A program made the position numbers and the translations under genes. Shown piece by piece: positions 16,801 to 24,934 of a stretch of DNA of 28,052 nucleotides. The notes under the pieces are model-generated. The model was not told the origin of the DNA, ran no database searches, and was given only the letters and a program-made list of their open reading frames with translations. The stretch covers positions 1 to 28,052 of the IMG/VR virus record IMGVR_UViG_3300032281_001290; one strand, written 5' to 3'. Positions within the stretch are counted from its first letter, which is position 1. Each line of letters starts with the position of its first letter. The stretch comes from a virus. Lineage: Duplodnaviria > Caudoviricetes.

Positions 16801-17379
16801 TTATTTAATAATAATTATTTCACGTAGATCTGGATATTGTTTTGGTTTAGGTTCTTGATCAACAGTGGGCAATAGCTCTAACCCCCGTACTGCTTCTTCG
16901 ATTGTGGGTTTGTAATGATACCCAACACGAAATGTTTTCTGATTACCCCAGGGTGAAATACTTATATCGCGACCATCATATCGTTGTTGCCTGAGAATAT
17001 CATAAATTTTTACATCATCTGTAAGTATGGCGCCACCGCGACCAATTGGTAATGGTTTATCAAATCCAAAGCTCAAACATTGTAATTGTCCTGGACGATA
17101 CATTTTTTCTTGTAATAATCGGGCACTATCCCAGATGCGTGTGTACCCAATTCGGTATTCACCGATCCAATCCCAATCATGATGGTCATATTCTATATCC
17201 AACTTACACAAAGTCATTGGAATACTAAGATAAGTGCGTGCTGGAATAAAACAACGATTTACATTGTCAATGCGGAGACATAACTCAATAGCATGAGTGC
17301 AGCAGTCAGTCATTACTGCATATGGAGCACCAGTAAACTTGGCCAATGCCTGTTCAAATTCTACAATCTTTTCAAACAT
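16801..17379 (-). CDS. Short DegT/DnrJ/EryC1/StrS-family PLP aminotransferase-like protein
   Basis: FE..LA.F.G..YAV....CT.A..L, DSA, SF...KPL..GRGGAILTDD and GYHY; only 192 aa. Confidence 0.8.
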   Translation of the reverse strand: MFEKIVEFEQALAKFTGAPYAVMTDCCTHAIELCLRIDNVNRCFIPARTYLSIPMTLCKLDIEYDHHDWDWIGEYRIGYTRIWDSARLLQEKMYRPGQLQCLSFGFDKPLPIGRGGAILTDDVKIYDILRQQRYDGRDISISPWGNQKTFRVGYHYKPTIEEAVRGLELLPTVDQEPKPKQYPDLREIIIIK

Positions 17380-17738
17380 TATTCACTCAAATGATCTTGT
17401 TTAATTTCTCGTACTGGGCAATTTAATATTTCTGCTATTTGATTTTTAATTGATATTCTTTTATTATTCCAATCTCTTATTAATATAGCACGACGTCCTA
17501 TTTCTTCAAGACTGAGTTCTTGCTCGCAGCCCGATTTCAATTCAGATTCTAATTCCCAAATCTTGTTATGAATGGATTTAAGGTCTTGATACTGGGACCT
17601 CACAACATCTATAGTATCTCGTCTGATTTGATTTAGATACCAATCAAGTTCTTCGTGATTACTGTGTGTTTTTTCCCATTTAACTTCAGCGATAGCTAAT
17701 CTATCAAATAATTCAATGACTGGAAATTGATAGATCAT
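17379..17738 (-). CDS. Helical protein, DUF6165/DUF4254-like
   Basis: ELFDRL.I..VK, IW.LE..L and N..R..IK..I pattern. Confidence 0.55.
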   Translation of the reverse strand: MIYQFPVIELFDRLAIAEVKWEKTHSNHEELDWYLNQIRRDTIDVVRSQYQDLKSIHNKIWELESELKSGCEQELSLEEIGRRAILIRDWNNKRISIKNQIAEILNCPVREIKQDHLSE

Positions 17739-18832
17739 TATTTGATATTATTTAATAAATTAGTTGCAGAAAAGAAATTGTTTGTCAGGGTAAGTGATAG
17801 AGTATCAATGTGTGTAACAAAACTATTATAGTGTGTCATCATATGAACGATCCTATCACATAATTCTTGTTTGTGAGCGTAATAACTTTCAACAGATTCT
17901 GTCCACTCGCTTGGATAGCGCCAAACACCGTCATACATTTCACTATAACTTAGACGATCTGGTACTAAAGGAATACTACCAACTACAGCACCTTCATAAC
18001 AACTGATACCTAATGTTTCTTGTAAGTTAGCACTAAACACCATTTTACTTTCACCTAATAAGGTATGATATTGTTCTTTAGTTAAATTCTCTTCTTGACA
18101 TATTACCCACTCAAATTGATCTAAAGTCTGTGCTAAGTCACGGAATATTTCAACTTGTTTTTCTGGTGCTATACGATGTGGGAATAAGATAAGATCACGT
18201 TTGGGTAAGTCTTTATATGGTGCAAGTGTATCCTGCATATACTCCATGGGCCAACCTGTACGTACTATCCTGCCTTCTTCCTGTAGATCTTCAAACCATT
18301 CTTCTGCCCATGCGTGTTCTAACATCACTCCACCTTGTAGTAGATTTTTATAAAACATTTCAATATGGAAATCTGTGGCAAAATAGTTGTGATCTATAGC
18401 ATGAAAGAAACTCTTTTCAGCATTTCTAACCCAGGGTGTATCACCAATTAATCTACCTAAGAAGTCTTGAGGATCATAACTACCAGCATGCCATAGAGCA
18501 TGAATAGTTACTTTAATACCCAACAACTCACTCATGTACTTTAGATTAATAATTCCAGGATGCCATGCATCAGTAAAAAGAAAGTGATCACCAGAGTTAA
18601 CTCTACCATCGCAAAACAATCTCCCCATCTGTTCGACTTGGCGGGCTTTGTATACATTAGTACCGCCGAAATTAAGAAAAGCACCAGGGGTAGTAGCACT
18701 TGGGATATCAGTGGGTCCTTCAATGATATGAACATCATGGCCTTGTTCCTTTAATAGTGTAGGTATGTGTGACTTCCATTGGCCTGTATAACGAGTTTCA
18801 ACGGCCTCTAAGTCAACTAAAAATACAGTCAT
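17738..18832 (-). CDS. GT-B glycosyltransferase resembling GTDC1/QTMAN (DUF3524-type)
   Basis: ILFPHRIAPEK, FSANLQETLGIS..EG and PLVPDRLSYSEMY parallel the GTDC1 motifs WPHRWEHDK / ST..HEFFG....EA / P..P..L.YPE (recalled). Confidence 0.75.
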   Translation of the reverse strand: MTVFLVDLEAVETRYTGQWKSHIPTLLKEQGHDVHIIEGPTDIPSATTPGAFLNFGGTNVYKARQVEQMGRLFCDGRVNSGDHFLFTDAWHPGIINLKYMSELLGIKVTIHALWHAGSYDPQDFLGRLIGDTPWVRNAEKSFFHAIDHNYFATDFHIEMFYKNLLQGGVMLEHAWAEEWFEDLQEEGRIVRTGWPMEYMQDTLAPYKDLPKRDLILFPHRIAPEKQVEIFRDLAQTLDQFEWVICQEENLTKEQYHTLLGESKMVFSANLQETLGISCYEGAVVGSIPLVPDRLSYSEMYDGVWRYPSEWTESVESYYAHKQELCDRIVHMMTHYNSFVTHIDTLSLTLTNNFFSATNLLNNIK

Positions 18833-19062
18833 TACTGTCCTCTATAGTTGTTGCGAACAACACCATTACGAGCCTGCCATTGTTGACGTTTCTTGCGACG
18901 TTCTTGCCATTCTTTGTATTCCGGCGATCTATATAGATCAGCAGGATCATATTTGATCATACGAAAACGGCAATAGTTACACCATGCATCTAAGTCATTG
19001 AAAATTTGTCTTACTTCTGGGCTCATACGTAGATACTTGTTAAGCCAAATTGGATTTGCCAC
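18832..19062 (-). CDS. Hypothetical basic protein
   Basis: GTG start with AGGAG SD; TAATG-coupled to the glycosyltransferase. Confidence 0.7.
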   Translation of the reverse strand: MANPIWLNKYLRMSPEVRQIFNDLDAWCNYCRFRMIKYDPADLYRSPEYKEWQERRKKRQQWQARNGVVRNNYRGQ

Positions 19063-19073
19063 GATAATTTCTC

Positions 19074-19502
19074 CTATACAGTGACAGTTTGATAAGGACG
19101 AGTATTATTATACTCAACATAACATCCATTTTCGCCATCTTCGGATACTTCTATCCAAACATCACGATTGGGATACTTTGCAGCGATCTGTGTGTACAAA
19201 TCATCTGCGATCATTTCACAACTTTTATAATCTAGTTGTAATACTGTATTTACATATAATGATTCCAACCAACGTTTAAATTGTATAAACTCTAATTCAC
19301 GATCATCATGGAATACATCTATAGCCACACGGAAATGGAATATATGACGATGCGGGCTGGCTAAAAATGCAACATCTGTCAGTTTAGGATCTGTAGCCGC
19401 TGCTGGAAAGCAATGGATTCCTTCACGTTGGAAAGTGACCCATACTTTCTTTTGTGAGGATTTAATAATTCTTTCTATCTTTTCACGTTCTTCTTTAATC
19501 AT
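19074..19502 (-). CDS. T-fold QueD paralog with LxxxHRHxF motif (DpdL-like)
   Basis: EGIH, LASPHRHIF, SCEMIA and VSEDGENG mirror PTPS-fold motifs but lack C-x3-HGH. Confidence 0.7.
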   Translation of the reverse strand: MIKEEREKIERIIKSSQKKVWVTFQREGIHCFPAAATDPKLTDVAFLASPHRHIFHFRVAIDVFHDDRELEFIQFKRWLESLYVNTVLQLDYKSCEMIADDLYTQIAAKYPNRDVWIEVSEDGENGCYVEYNNTRPYQTVTV

Positions 19503-20500
19503 ATTTTGTTCTCTTTTCTACATTCATTAATACATACAGGATTGGGATTGTTGATTAAACTATTTGGTAATGTTTGCTGATAAAATTCATGTTGAATGAT
19601 ATCTTCTATTTTATGATGGTGTAAATTAATATGGTCAAAATTTTCTAATTTCAAATATTTTTTTAAGTGAATCTTAGTAGTCTTATGTAATACTGAATCA
19701 TTATGTATCACATGAGCACCTAACAAATAACAGCATGGCCATACAGTACCATCTGCATATATACTAACCCATTTTGTTCTTTTACTTTGACAATCTATAA
19801 TTATATTGTCATATTGATTGTATAATTTTACAGGTTTTTCCTGAACAAAGTCAATAGTTGTTTTCTTAATTATATGAGAAAATTTACCTTTATTATATAC
19901 TTTAGCTTCAGAATTTGGTCCAAATCTAGTGCTCGCCATAGGTACGAATCGTCTAAATCCCATCTTTTTAGATAATTTTTCGCATTCTTCAATTTGATTT
20001 TGATTGTGTTCAAATACAATCATTTGCCATATAGCATTTCCACCAGCTTTTATAAAACTGTCTGCGTGGGCAATTACCTTATCCCAATTGGCATTAATTT
20101 TATATAATTCATGTGTATCTCTTAATCCATCTATTGCGAAATGCACTTCTGCATTGTTGCGATTAAATAAGCGACCAAGATCATCCCAAAATTTTAAATC
20201 TCTCATGCTACCATTGGTGCCTAAAACAAACTGCCCTGCGGTATGTTCTAAAACATATTCACAAAATCGATAGATGTCTGGATGCATAGCATTGTCACCG
20301 GTACTACCAACAAATTCAATTAATTGAATATGTTTAAGAAACTCTGGAGATACTTGTTTTTTAAATATTTCAAAATTTAAAAAATCTTTTAGTTTTGGAT
20401 CAGTGCCATTTACCGGAGTTCGTGAACACTGCGGGCATAATGCATTACAACTATTGGTAATTTCAACATCTAATCTGCTAATTTCATCTGGTTGAAACAT
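19499..20500 (-). CDS. Radical SAM protein with SPASM/twitch domain
   Basis: CNALCPQC (CX3CX2C), TNGS, FAIDG, and C-terminal CQS...IYADGTVWPCC...C...C. Confidence 0.88.
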   Translation of the reverse strand: MFQPDEISRLDVEITNSCNALCPQCSRTPVNGTDPKLKDFLNFEIFKKQVSPEFLKHIQLIEFVGSTGDNAMHPDIYRFCEYVLEHTAGQFVLGTNGSMRDLKFWDDLGRLFNRNNAEVHFAIDGLRDTHELYKINANWDKVIAHADSFIKAGGNAIWQMIVFEHNQNQIEECEKLSKKMGFRRFVPMASTRFGPNSEAKVYNKGKFSHIIKKTTIDFVQEKPVKLYNQYDNIIIDCQSKRTKWVSIYADGTVWPCCYLLGAHVIHNDSVLHKTTKIHLKKYLKLENFDHINLHHHKIEDIIQHEFYQQTLPNSLINNPNPVCINECRKENKI

Positions 20501-21027
20501 TATTTAATAATAGTATCTTGTGTATATTGATCCCAATCAGTGAAGCTCTCAGTTGTTGTCAAATCACGCAATCGATGACACCAAACACCCGGATTCGTTG
20601 CATCAAAATCTTTGTCATCTATCTTAATAGTAGCATTATATCCCAGCTGTGTCAAGTATGGAATTTTAACCGAAAGTTGTGGAATAAATCTGCGTGATTC
20701 TACTAATGGTCCTTCTAGCAATCCTTCTGCGCAATTAACATCTAAATCTAATGTGCACCAATAGTCAGCATTAAGACAGCTTTGGATCATGTGTTCCCAT
20801 TGTTTCCAGACTCTGGCATCGTCACCATTAATTTTTGGAAAACTCTGATTAGCACCAAAATAGATATGCTTGCACTCATGATCAACTGCATGACTAACAA
20901 CTTCTCGCCAATTTTGAATACCAACTACAAACAGAGTTTTCATACCATATGCAGGAGTTCGTTCAATTTCTATCCCCGTAAACAACTTTACTGTGTCTGC
21001 TGTACCTGTATCATATTCACGTTTCAT
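20500..21027 (-). CDS. Hypothetical protein within the deazaguanine cluster
   Basis: 175 aa with FTG.E.E.TPA.GM.TLFVVG, HIYFGANQSF and KIDD.DF..TNPGVWCH; overlaps both neighbours. Confidence 0.75.
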   Translation of the reverse strand: MKREYDTGTADTVKLFTGIEIERTPAYGMKTLFVVGIQNWREVVSHAVDHECKHIYFGANQSFPKINGDDARVWKQWEHMIQSCLNADYWCTLDLDVNCAEGLLEGPLVESRRFIPQLSVKIPYLTQLGYNATIKIDDKDFDATNPGVWCHRLRDLTTTESFTDWDQYTQDTIIK

Positions 21028-21212
21028 AAATATTCTGCCAATTGTTTTTCTGTTTTAGTTATCTCTCTTTTTACTAAAAGTTTTTCATGTTTAATCTTGC
21101 CGAGATGTTCGTCATCGAGATAGTGTGTGTATCCATCTTTGATTTTCTTTTCTAACTCTACATGACGTTCTATTAAATGTTTGAGATGATATTTAAGTTT
21201 TTCCTTGTCCAT
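21024..21212 (-). CDS. DUF465/YdcH-like small coiled-coil protein
   Basis: L...H..L...I............K..KL..K..I pattern; AAGGA SD. Confidence 0.7.
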   Translation of the reverse strand: MDKEKLKYHLKHLIERHVELEKKIKDGYTHYLDDEHLGKIKHEKLLVKREITKTEKQLAEYL

Positions 21213-21232
21213 AGTCTGTTCCTTTCTTAAGT

Positions 21233-22030
21233 TTAGACATTTTCATAATTATTTTTAGAAATATAATCAAGTTTATTAAATTTAGTTGCTAATATAAATG
21301 CCTTATCAGTTAAGGCTGGTGTGAATTTTTTTAAATTCGGTATAGCAAACCAATCTTTTTGGAAAATTGATGGAACTACTGTATACTCTTCAATTTTCCA
21401 ACCAAGATCATAAAAAATTAAATCTAACCATTTAGTATTCGGATAAGCCCCTACGCTACCAAATCCTGCAAAATTACTATCGGGATCCTGTTTATAATAT
21501 TGTAATGCTGGATATCCTACATCAGGACTTAATGCGCATTGAAATATAATATTTTTTACTTTACTCTTAGTGATATTTTCTAAAATTCCGTAGGGATTTT
21601 TTAAATGATCTATTACATCTGTTAGTATTACTGTATCTTTACCCTGACATGATTTTTCTATTAGATTAGGATTTTCAATATCACCAACATCAAATTGGTA
21701 TTGGGATTTTTCTATCCCTAAAGAATCAAACACATAATTAGCGACCTCTATAGAGAATTCTCTTACGTTTACTCCATGTACAGATTTTGCCCCAAGATGT
21801 TTGCTAATAAAAGAAAGATAACCACAATGACAACCAAGATCTAATATATTAGAATTTTCTATATATTTTAATCCAATGTCAGATAAAAATAATTTTTCAA
21901 ATCTAAATTTTTCTTCTTTAGGATAATCCCAATTATCAATTGGGATATATTCATTAAATGGGATAAGAGACTGTTTATGATATAGATGAGAAAAATATTG
22001 AAAGTATTTACTATCAGGTAATTTTTTCAT
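21233..22030 (-). CDS. Class I SAM-dependent methyltransferase
   Basis: ILDLGCHCGY, GA..V.G and V.DHL.NP...L; AT-rich. Confidence 0.8.
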   Translation of the reverse strand: MKKLPDSKYFQYFSHLYHKQSLIPFNEYIPIDNWDYPKEEKFRFEKLFLSDIGLKYIENSNILDLGCHCGYLSFISKHLGAKSVHGVNVREFSIEVANYVFDSLGIEKSQYQFDVGDIENPNLIEKSCQGKDTVILTDVIDHLKNPYGILENITKSKVKNIIFQCALSPDVGYPALQYYKQDPDSNFAGFGSVGAYPNTKWLDLIFYDLGWKIEEYTVVPSIFQKDWFAIPNLKKFTPALTDKAFILATKFNKLDYISKNNYENV

Positions 22031-23571
22031 TATTCATCCACCCCTGCTTCCAAATTATCTAAGTTAGTTTCATCTAAACCACTGTCGTCTACGTGATGTT
22101 CTTCGATTTCTTCACTTTCAAATAAGCTGTTGAACATGGTACTTGCGTTAACAGTTTTCTTACCTGTAGCACCACGTGTGCCAATGATTGCCATCCAGAA
22201 CTTGCTGAAGTCTTCGATAATAGCCAATGCTTCACCTTTGTTACTTGTAGCAAATATAGCTTCTACTACATCTTTAAAGTAAACACGATCAAATGTTTCT
22301 TGCACTAACATGCGTGGAGTAACTCCTTGATCATATTGGCGATTAGCTTCTTGTACTGCTGAGATATGACTCCAAACATTGTGTCCCATTTGTATAGCAT
22401 AACTGAAACTATCCCAGCTGGTTTTGCCTTCTTTACCAATCTTGTTTAGATCACCAGGTTTATAAATGCAGACATCTTTAATAGTGCAACGTTCGCTAAC
22501 TGGACTATCTGTAAAATTAGCAAATAATTTATCTTGTAACACCGCATCTTTAAATCTGCGTGTGTCAGTAGAGTATTTCTTATCGTCAACTGATGGGACC
22601 ATACGATAAACCCATTTTTCTCTATCAGTAATTTCTGTTTGAATATAAATCTGTCCGTTAGCTGACGCTAAGAATGGACTGGCACAGTCAAAACTGATAG
22701 TAAAGTTTGGGTTGTGATACTTACGTACACTGCGTTGGATATCTGTCAATAAACAAGCCCACTCAAGTTTACTTGTGCCTAAGAAGTGCATCCAATCATG
22801 TAGACCTTGTTCAAGTAAACCATCAAAGCGTAGTTCTACAAGTCTGCGTAAGACCAGATGTACATCACACATGTTCTGTCCACCCATAGCCCAACCTTCA
22901 AATGGTTGTGCGTATTGTTTTGGATCACAGTACTTCTTCATACGATCATACCAGTCGTCGGCATCTGCGTGATTCTCACCTTGTAGAACATTTAAGAACT
23001 TACATGCACCTGTACGATTTTTCATGAAGTAATCGTTGTTGATGTAAGTTCCTTGTACTGCTTCGATATAAGTGTTGATACCCGTAGCCTTGCGACCTGC
23101 TGGACTACGAGCTACCCATGCCGGAATATCCAAGATCATGCCGCGATCCATATAAGCATCCATCCACGATAACACTAGCTCACGTTTCTTTTGTGCTTTG
23201 GGACAGTTGGGATCTTTCCAATCACCTTCCCACACGCCCTTACCAATCTGGAAACCACCCGAATCACCTAAGATGAATGACCGACTGCGATCACGATTAC
23301 GCACCATATCTTCTTTGGGACTGTGTTTATTAACATCTAATTCTGCGTGACCTGCTGAGTATAGTGCCCAATGATAAGGAAAGTATGCCGCATCTGGATT
23401 AAGCCAATTAAGTCCTTCGATGCCATTTTCAAAGTCTGCTGGAATACGTGCCGGATCTACATACGTGGGATCATGTCGTTGCTTACCTACATAGGTAGCA
23501 TAGAAGCCACTCAATGCTGGTAAGAATACAGCATAATCTTTCTGTTTATTGGTTAAATTATCACGTTCCAT
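22030..23571 (-). CDS. dpdA: TGT-fold transglycosylase, DpdA-like (probable DNA 7-deazaguanine insertase)
   Basis: GDSGGFQI, MILDIP, NVLQG, GWAMGG, HFLG and ISFDCASP map onto the TGT catalytic motifs. No CxCxxC zinc site typical of bacterial tRNA TGT. Lies with folE/queD/queE in a phage. Confidence 0.75.
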   Translation of the reverse strand: MERDNLTNKQKDYAVFLPALSGFYATYVGKQRHDPTYVDPARIPADFENGIEGLNWLNPDAAYFPYHWALYSAGHAELDVNKHSPKEDMVRNRDRSRSFILGDSGGFQIGKGVWEGDWKDPNCPKAQKKRELVLSWMDAYMDRGMILDIPAWVARSPAGRKATGINTYIEAVQGTYINNDYFMKNRTGACKFLNVLQGENHADADDWYDRMKKYCDPKQYAQPFEGWAMGGQNMCDVHLVLRRLVELRFDGLLEQGLHDWMHFLGTSKLEWACLLTDIQRSVRKYHNPNFTISFDCASPFLASANGQIYIQTEITDREKWVYRMVPSVDDKKYSTDTRRFKDAVLQDKLFANFTDSPVSERCTIKDVCIYKPGDLNKIGKEGKTSWDSFSYAIQMGHNVWSHISAVQEANRQYDQGVTPRMLVQETFDRVYFKDVVEAIFATSNKGEALAIIEDFSKFWMAIIGTRGATGKKTVNASTMFNSLFESEEIEEHHVDDSGLDETNLDNLEAGVDE

Positions 23572-24139
23572 AAAATTTTACTCGATTAATTAATTCATAG
23601 TCTTTAGCATAGTGCTCAGCTAATTTTAACTTGATTTGTTTATTGTCGTCAACCAAAATGGCAAATTTGTTTTTTTCTGTTTCATTACCCTGATTAAGAT
23701 TTGGTACATTATCGACGTTTGAAACATAACCATTATCATTTAACCATTGTTTTAAAACAGTTCTTAGATTCTTATCTGCTCGAATGAATTCACAACAATC
23801 TAAATCTACACCTTGTAAGAAATAAGTCTGTAATTCAGTATGATCATCAAAAGTTATATTATTAACTAAATCATTTAACGGAATATTCTTGTTAGATTCT
23901 ATAGCCATAAACTGTGCTATGCCACTGACCCAACGATCAATTGGATCACGCAATACAACAAGATATTTGTCAGCCGACATCATATGATCATAATAGACCC
24001 AGCTGGATTTTGATCCCATTAGGCACCCTTTAACAAAACTGCTTGCATTTTTAGGAATATTAATATAGATAATATGTTTATCTACATTATACCAACACTC
24101 CCCAAGTTGATGCCCCAGGTGTGTCCACCTACCTGCCAT
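23561..24139 (-). CDS. Sulfotransferase (Sulfotransfer_2-like)
   Basis: 5'-PSB IPKNASS, 3'-PB LRDPIDRWVSG, H...Q and Y..DYEL. Confidence 0.8.
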   Translation of the reverse strand: MAGRWTHLGHQLGECWYNVDKHIIYINIPKNASSFVKGCLMGSKSSWVYYDHMMSADKYLVVLRDPIDRWVSGIAQFMAIESNKNIPLNDLVNNITFDDHTELQTYFLQGVDLDCCEFIRADKNLRTVLKQWLNDNGYVSNVDNVPNLNQGNETEKNKFAILVDDNKQIKLKLAEHYAKDYELINRVKFYGT

Positions 24140-24870
24140 TACTTGCTCTGTGCTGGTAAGATGAAGTTATAAGTTGCTAAACCACTGTTAACAGTGATCT
24201 GTGCCGCACCTTCGTCACTGATACTAAATTTCTTATCACCTGCTAGGTTTAAGATACTTAATACAGCATTGACTGGCCATGACCAATTTTTACTTAGCGT
24301 ACCAGTAACACCTGCTTGGAATACAAAGTTACCTGCGTGACTGCTATGATCACCAAATGATAATTCTAAGTTGCCATTACTAGTTTTAGCAGTAAAGTTT
24401 GCTTCTTCTGCATTGGCGCTGGCTTGGAATTTAAGTCTTTGGATATTGGCCACTGTTGGCTCAAACTCTACGTGCCATGTAACTGGTCGCATCTTAACTG
24501 TTTTAAGTTTGTCGTTGACAATCTCTTGGCTCATAAAACGATAGTCGTTTTTAAAGTCACCGGCAGCATTTTCAAAATGTAAACCTACTGCTACACTTTC
24601 ACCATTGCGATCTTGTTTGGTTAGACTAATCTTAGCATTGTCTTTGTATTCTGGAATACCCAAGATAGTATTGAGTTTACCTAAATTTGGCATGCCAAAT
24701 GTACCAATGAACTCTGCTACTGGCCCATTTAATTTTGCTTGAACGATAACACTGCGGTCTTCTGCCAGTGCTTCAATTGATGTTTCTGAATCTGTGCCTG
24801 ATACTTTAACTAAGTCAATAATGCCTAAGCCATAAGTGTTTTTAACGATGTCTAATAGATGGTCTCTCAT
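24139..24870 (-). CDS. Probable DNA polymerase sliding clamp / processivity factor
   Basis: 243-aa beta-rich protein one gene from polB; ends ISDEGAAQITV....Y.FILPA as clamp-fold proteins do; has its own promoter and AAGGAG SD. Confidence 0.6.
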   Translation of the reverse strand: MRDHLLDIVKNTYGLGIIDLVKVSGTDSETSIEALAEDRSVIVQAKLNGPVAEFIGTFGMPNLGKLNTILGIPEYKDNAKISLTKQDRNGESVAVGLHFENAAGDFKNDYRFMSQEIVNDKLKTVKMRPVTWHVEFEPTVANIQRLKFQASANAEEANFTAKTSNGNLELSFGDHSSHAGNFVFQAGVTGTLSKNWSWPVNAVLSILNLAGDKKFSISDEGAAQITVNSGLATYNFILPAQSK

Positions 24871-24891
24871 GTGTTTCTCCTTTGATAATAT

Positions 24892-24920
24892 ATTGTATAT
24901 GATTTATTTAGATCGTGCAA
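24892..24920 (-). promoter_or_regulatory. Sigma70-type promoter with embedded CTAAATAAA
   Basis: TTGCAC (24920-24915), 17 nt spacer, TACAAT (24897-24892); spacer nearly identical to that of the folE promoter. Confidence 0.7.
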
Positions 24921-24934
24921 GTGGTTTGATAAAA

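Noticed and set aside
9036-18738. Nested minus-strand ORFs 9036..9224, 16226..16561 and 18541..18738
   Set aside because: Out-of-frame inside rnh, folE and the glycosyltransferase, with no recognisable motifs.
22030-23571. Canonical tRNA-guanine transglycosylase (tgt) call
   Set aside because: Lacks the CxCxxC...H zinc site and the N-terminal TP.FMPVGT motif of bacterial TGT; the phage context favours a DpdA-like enzyme, though the substrate is unproven.
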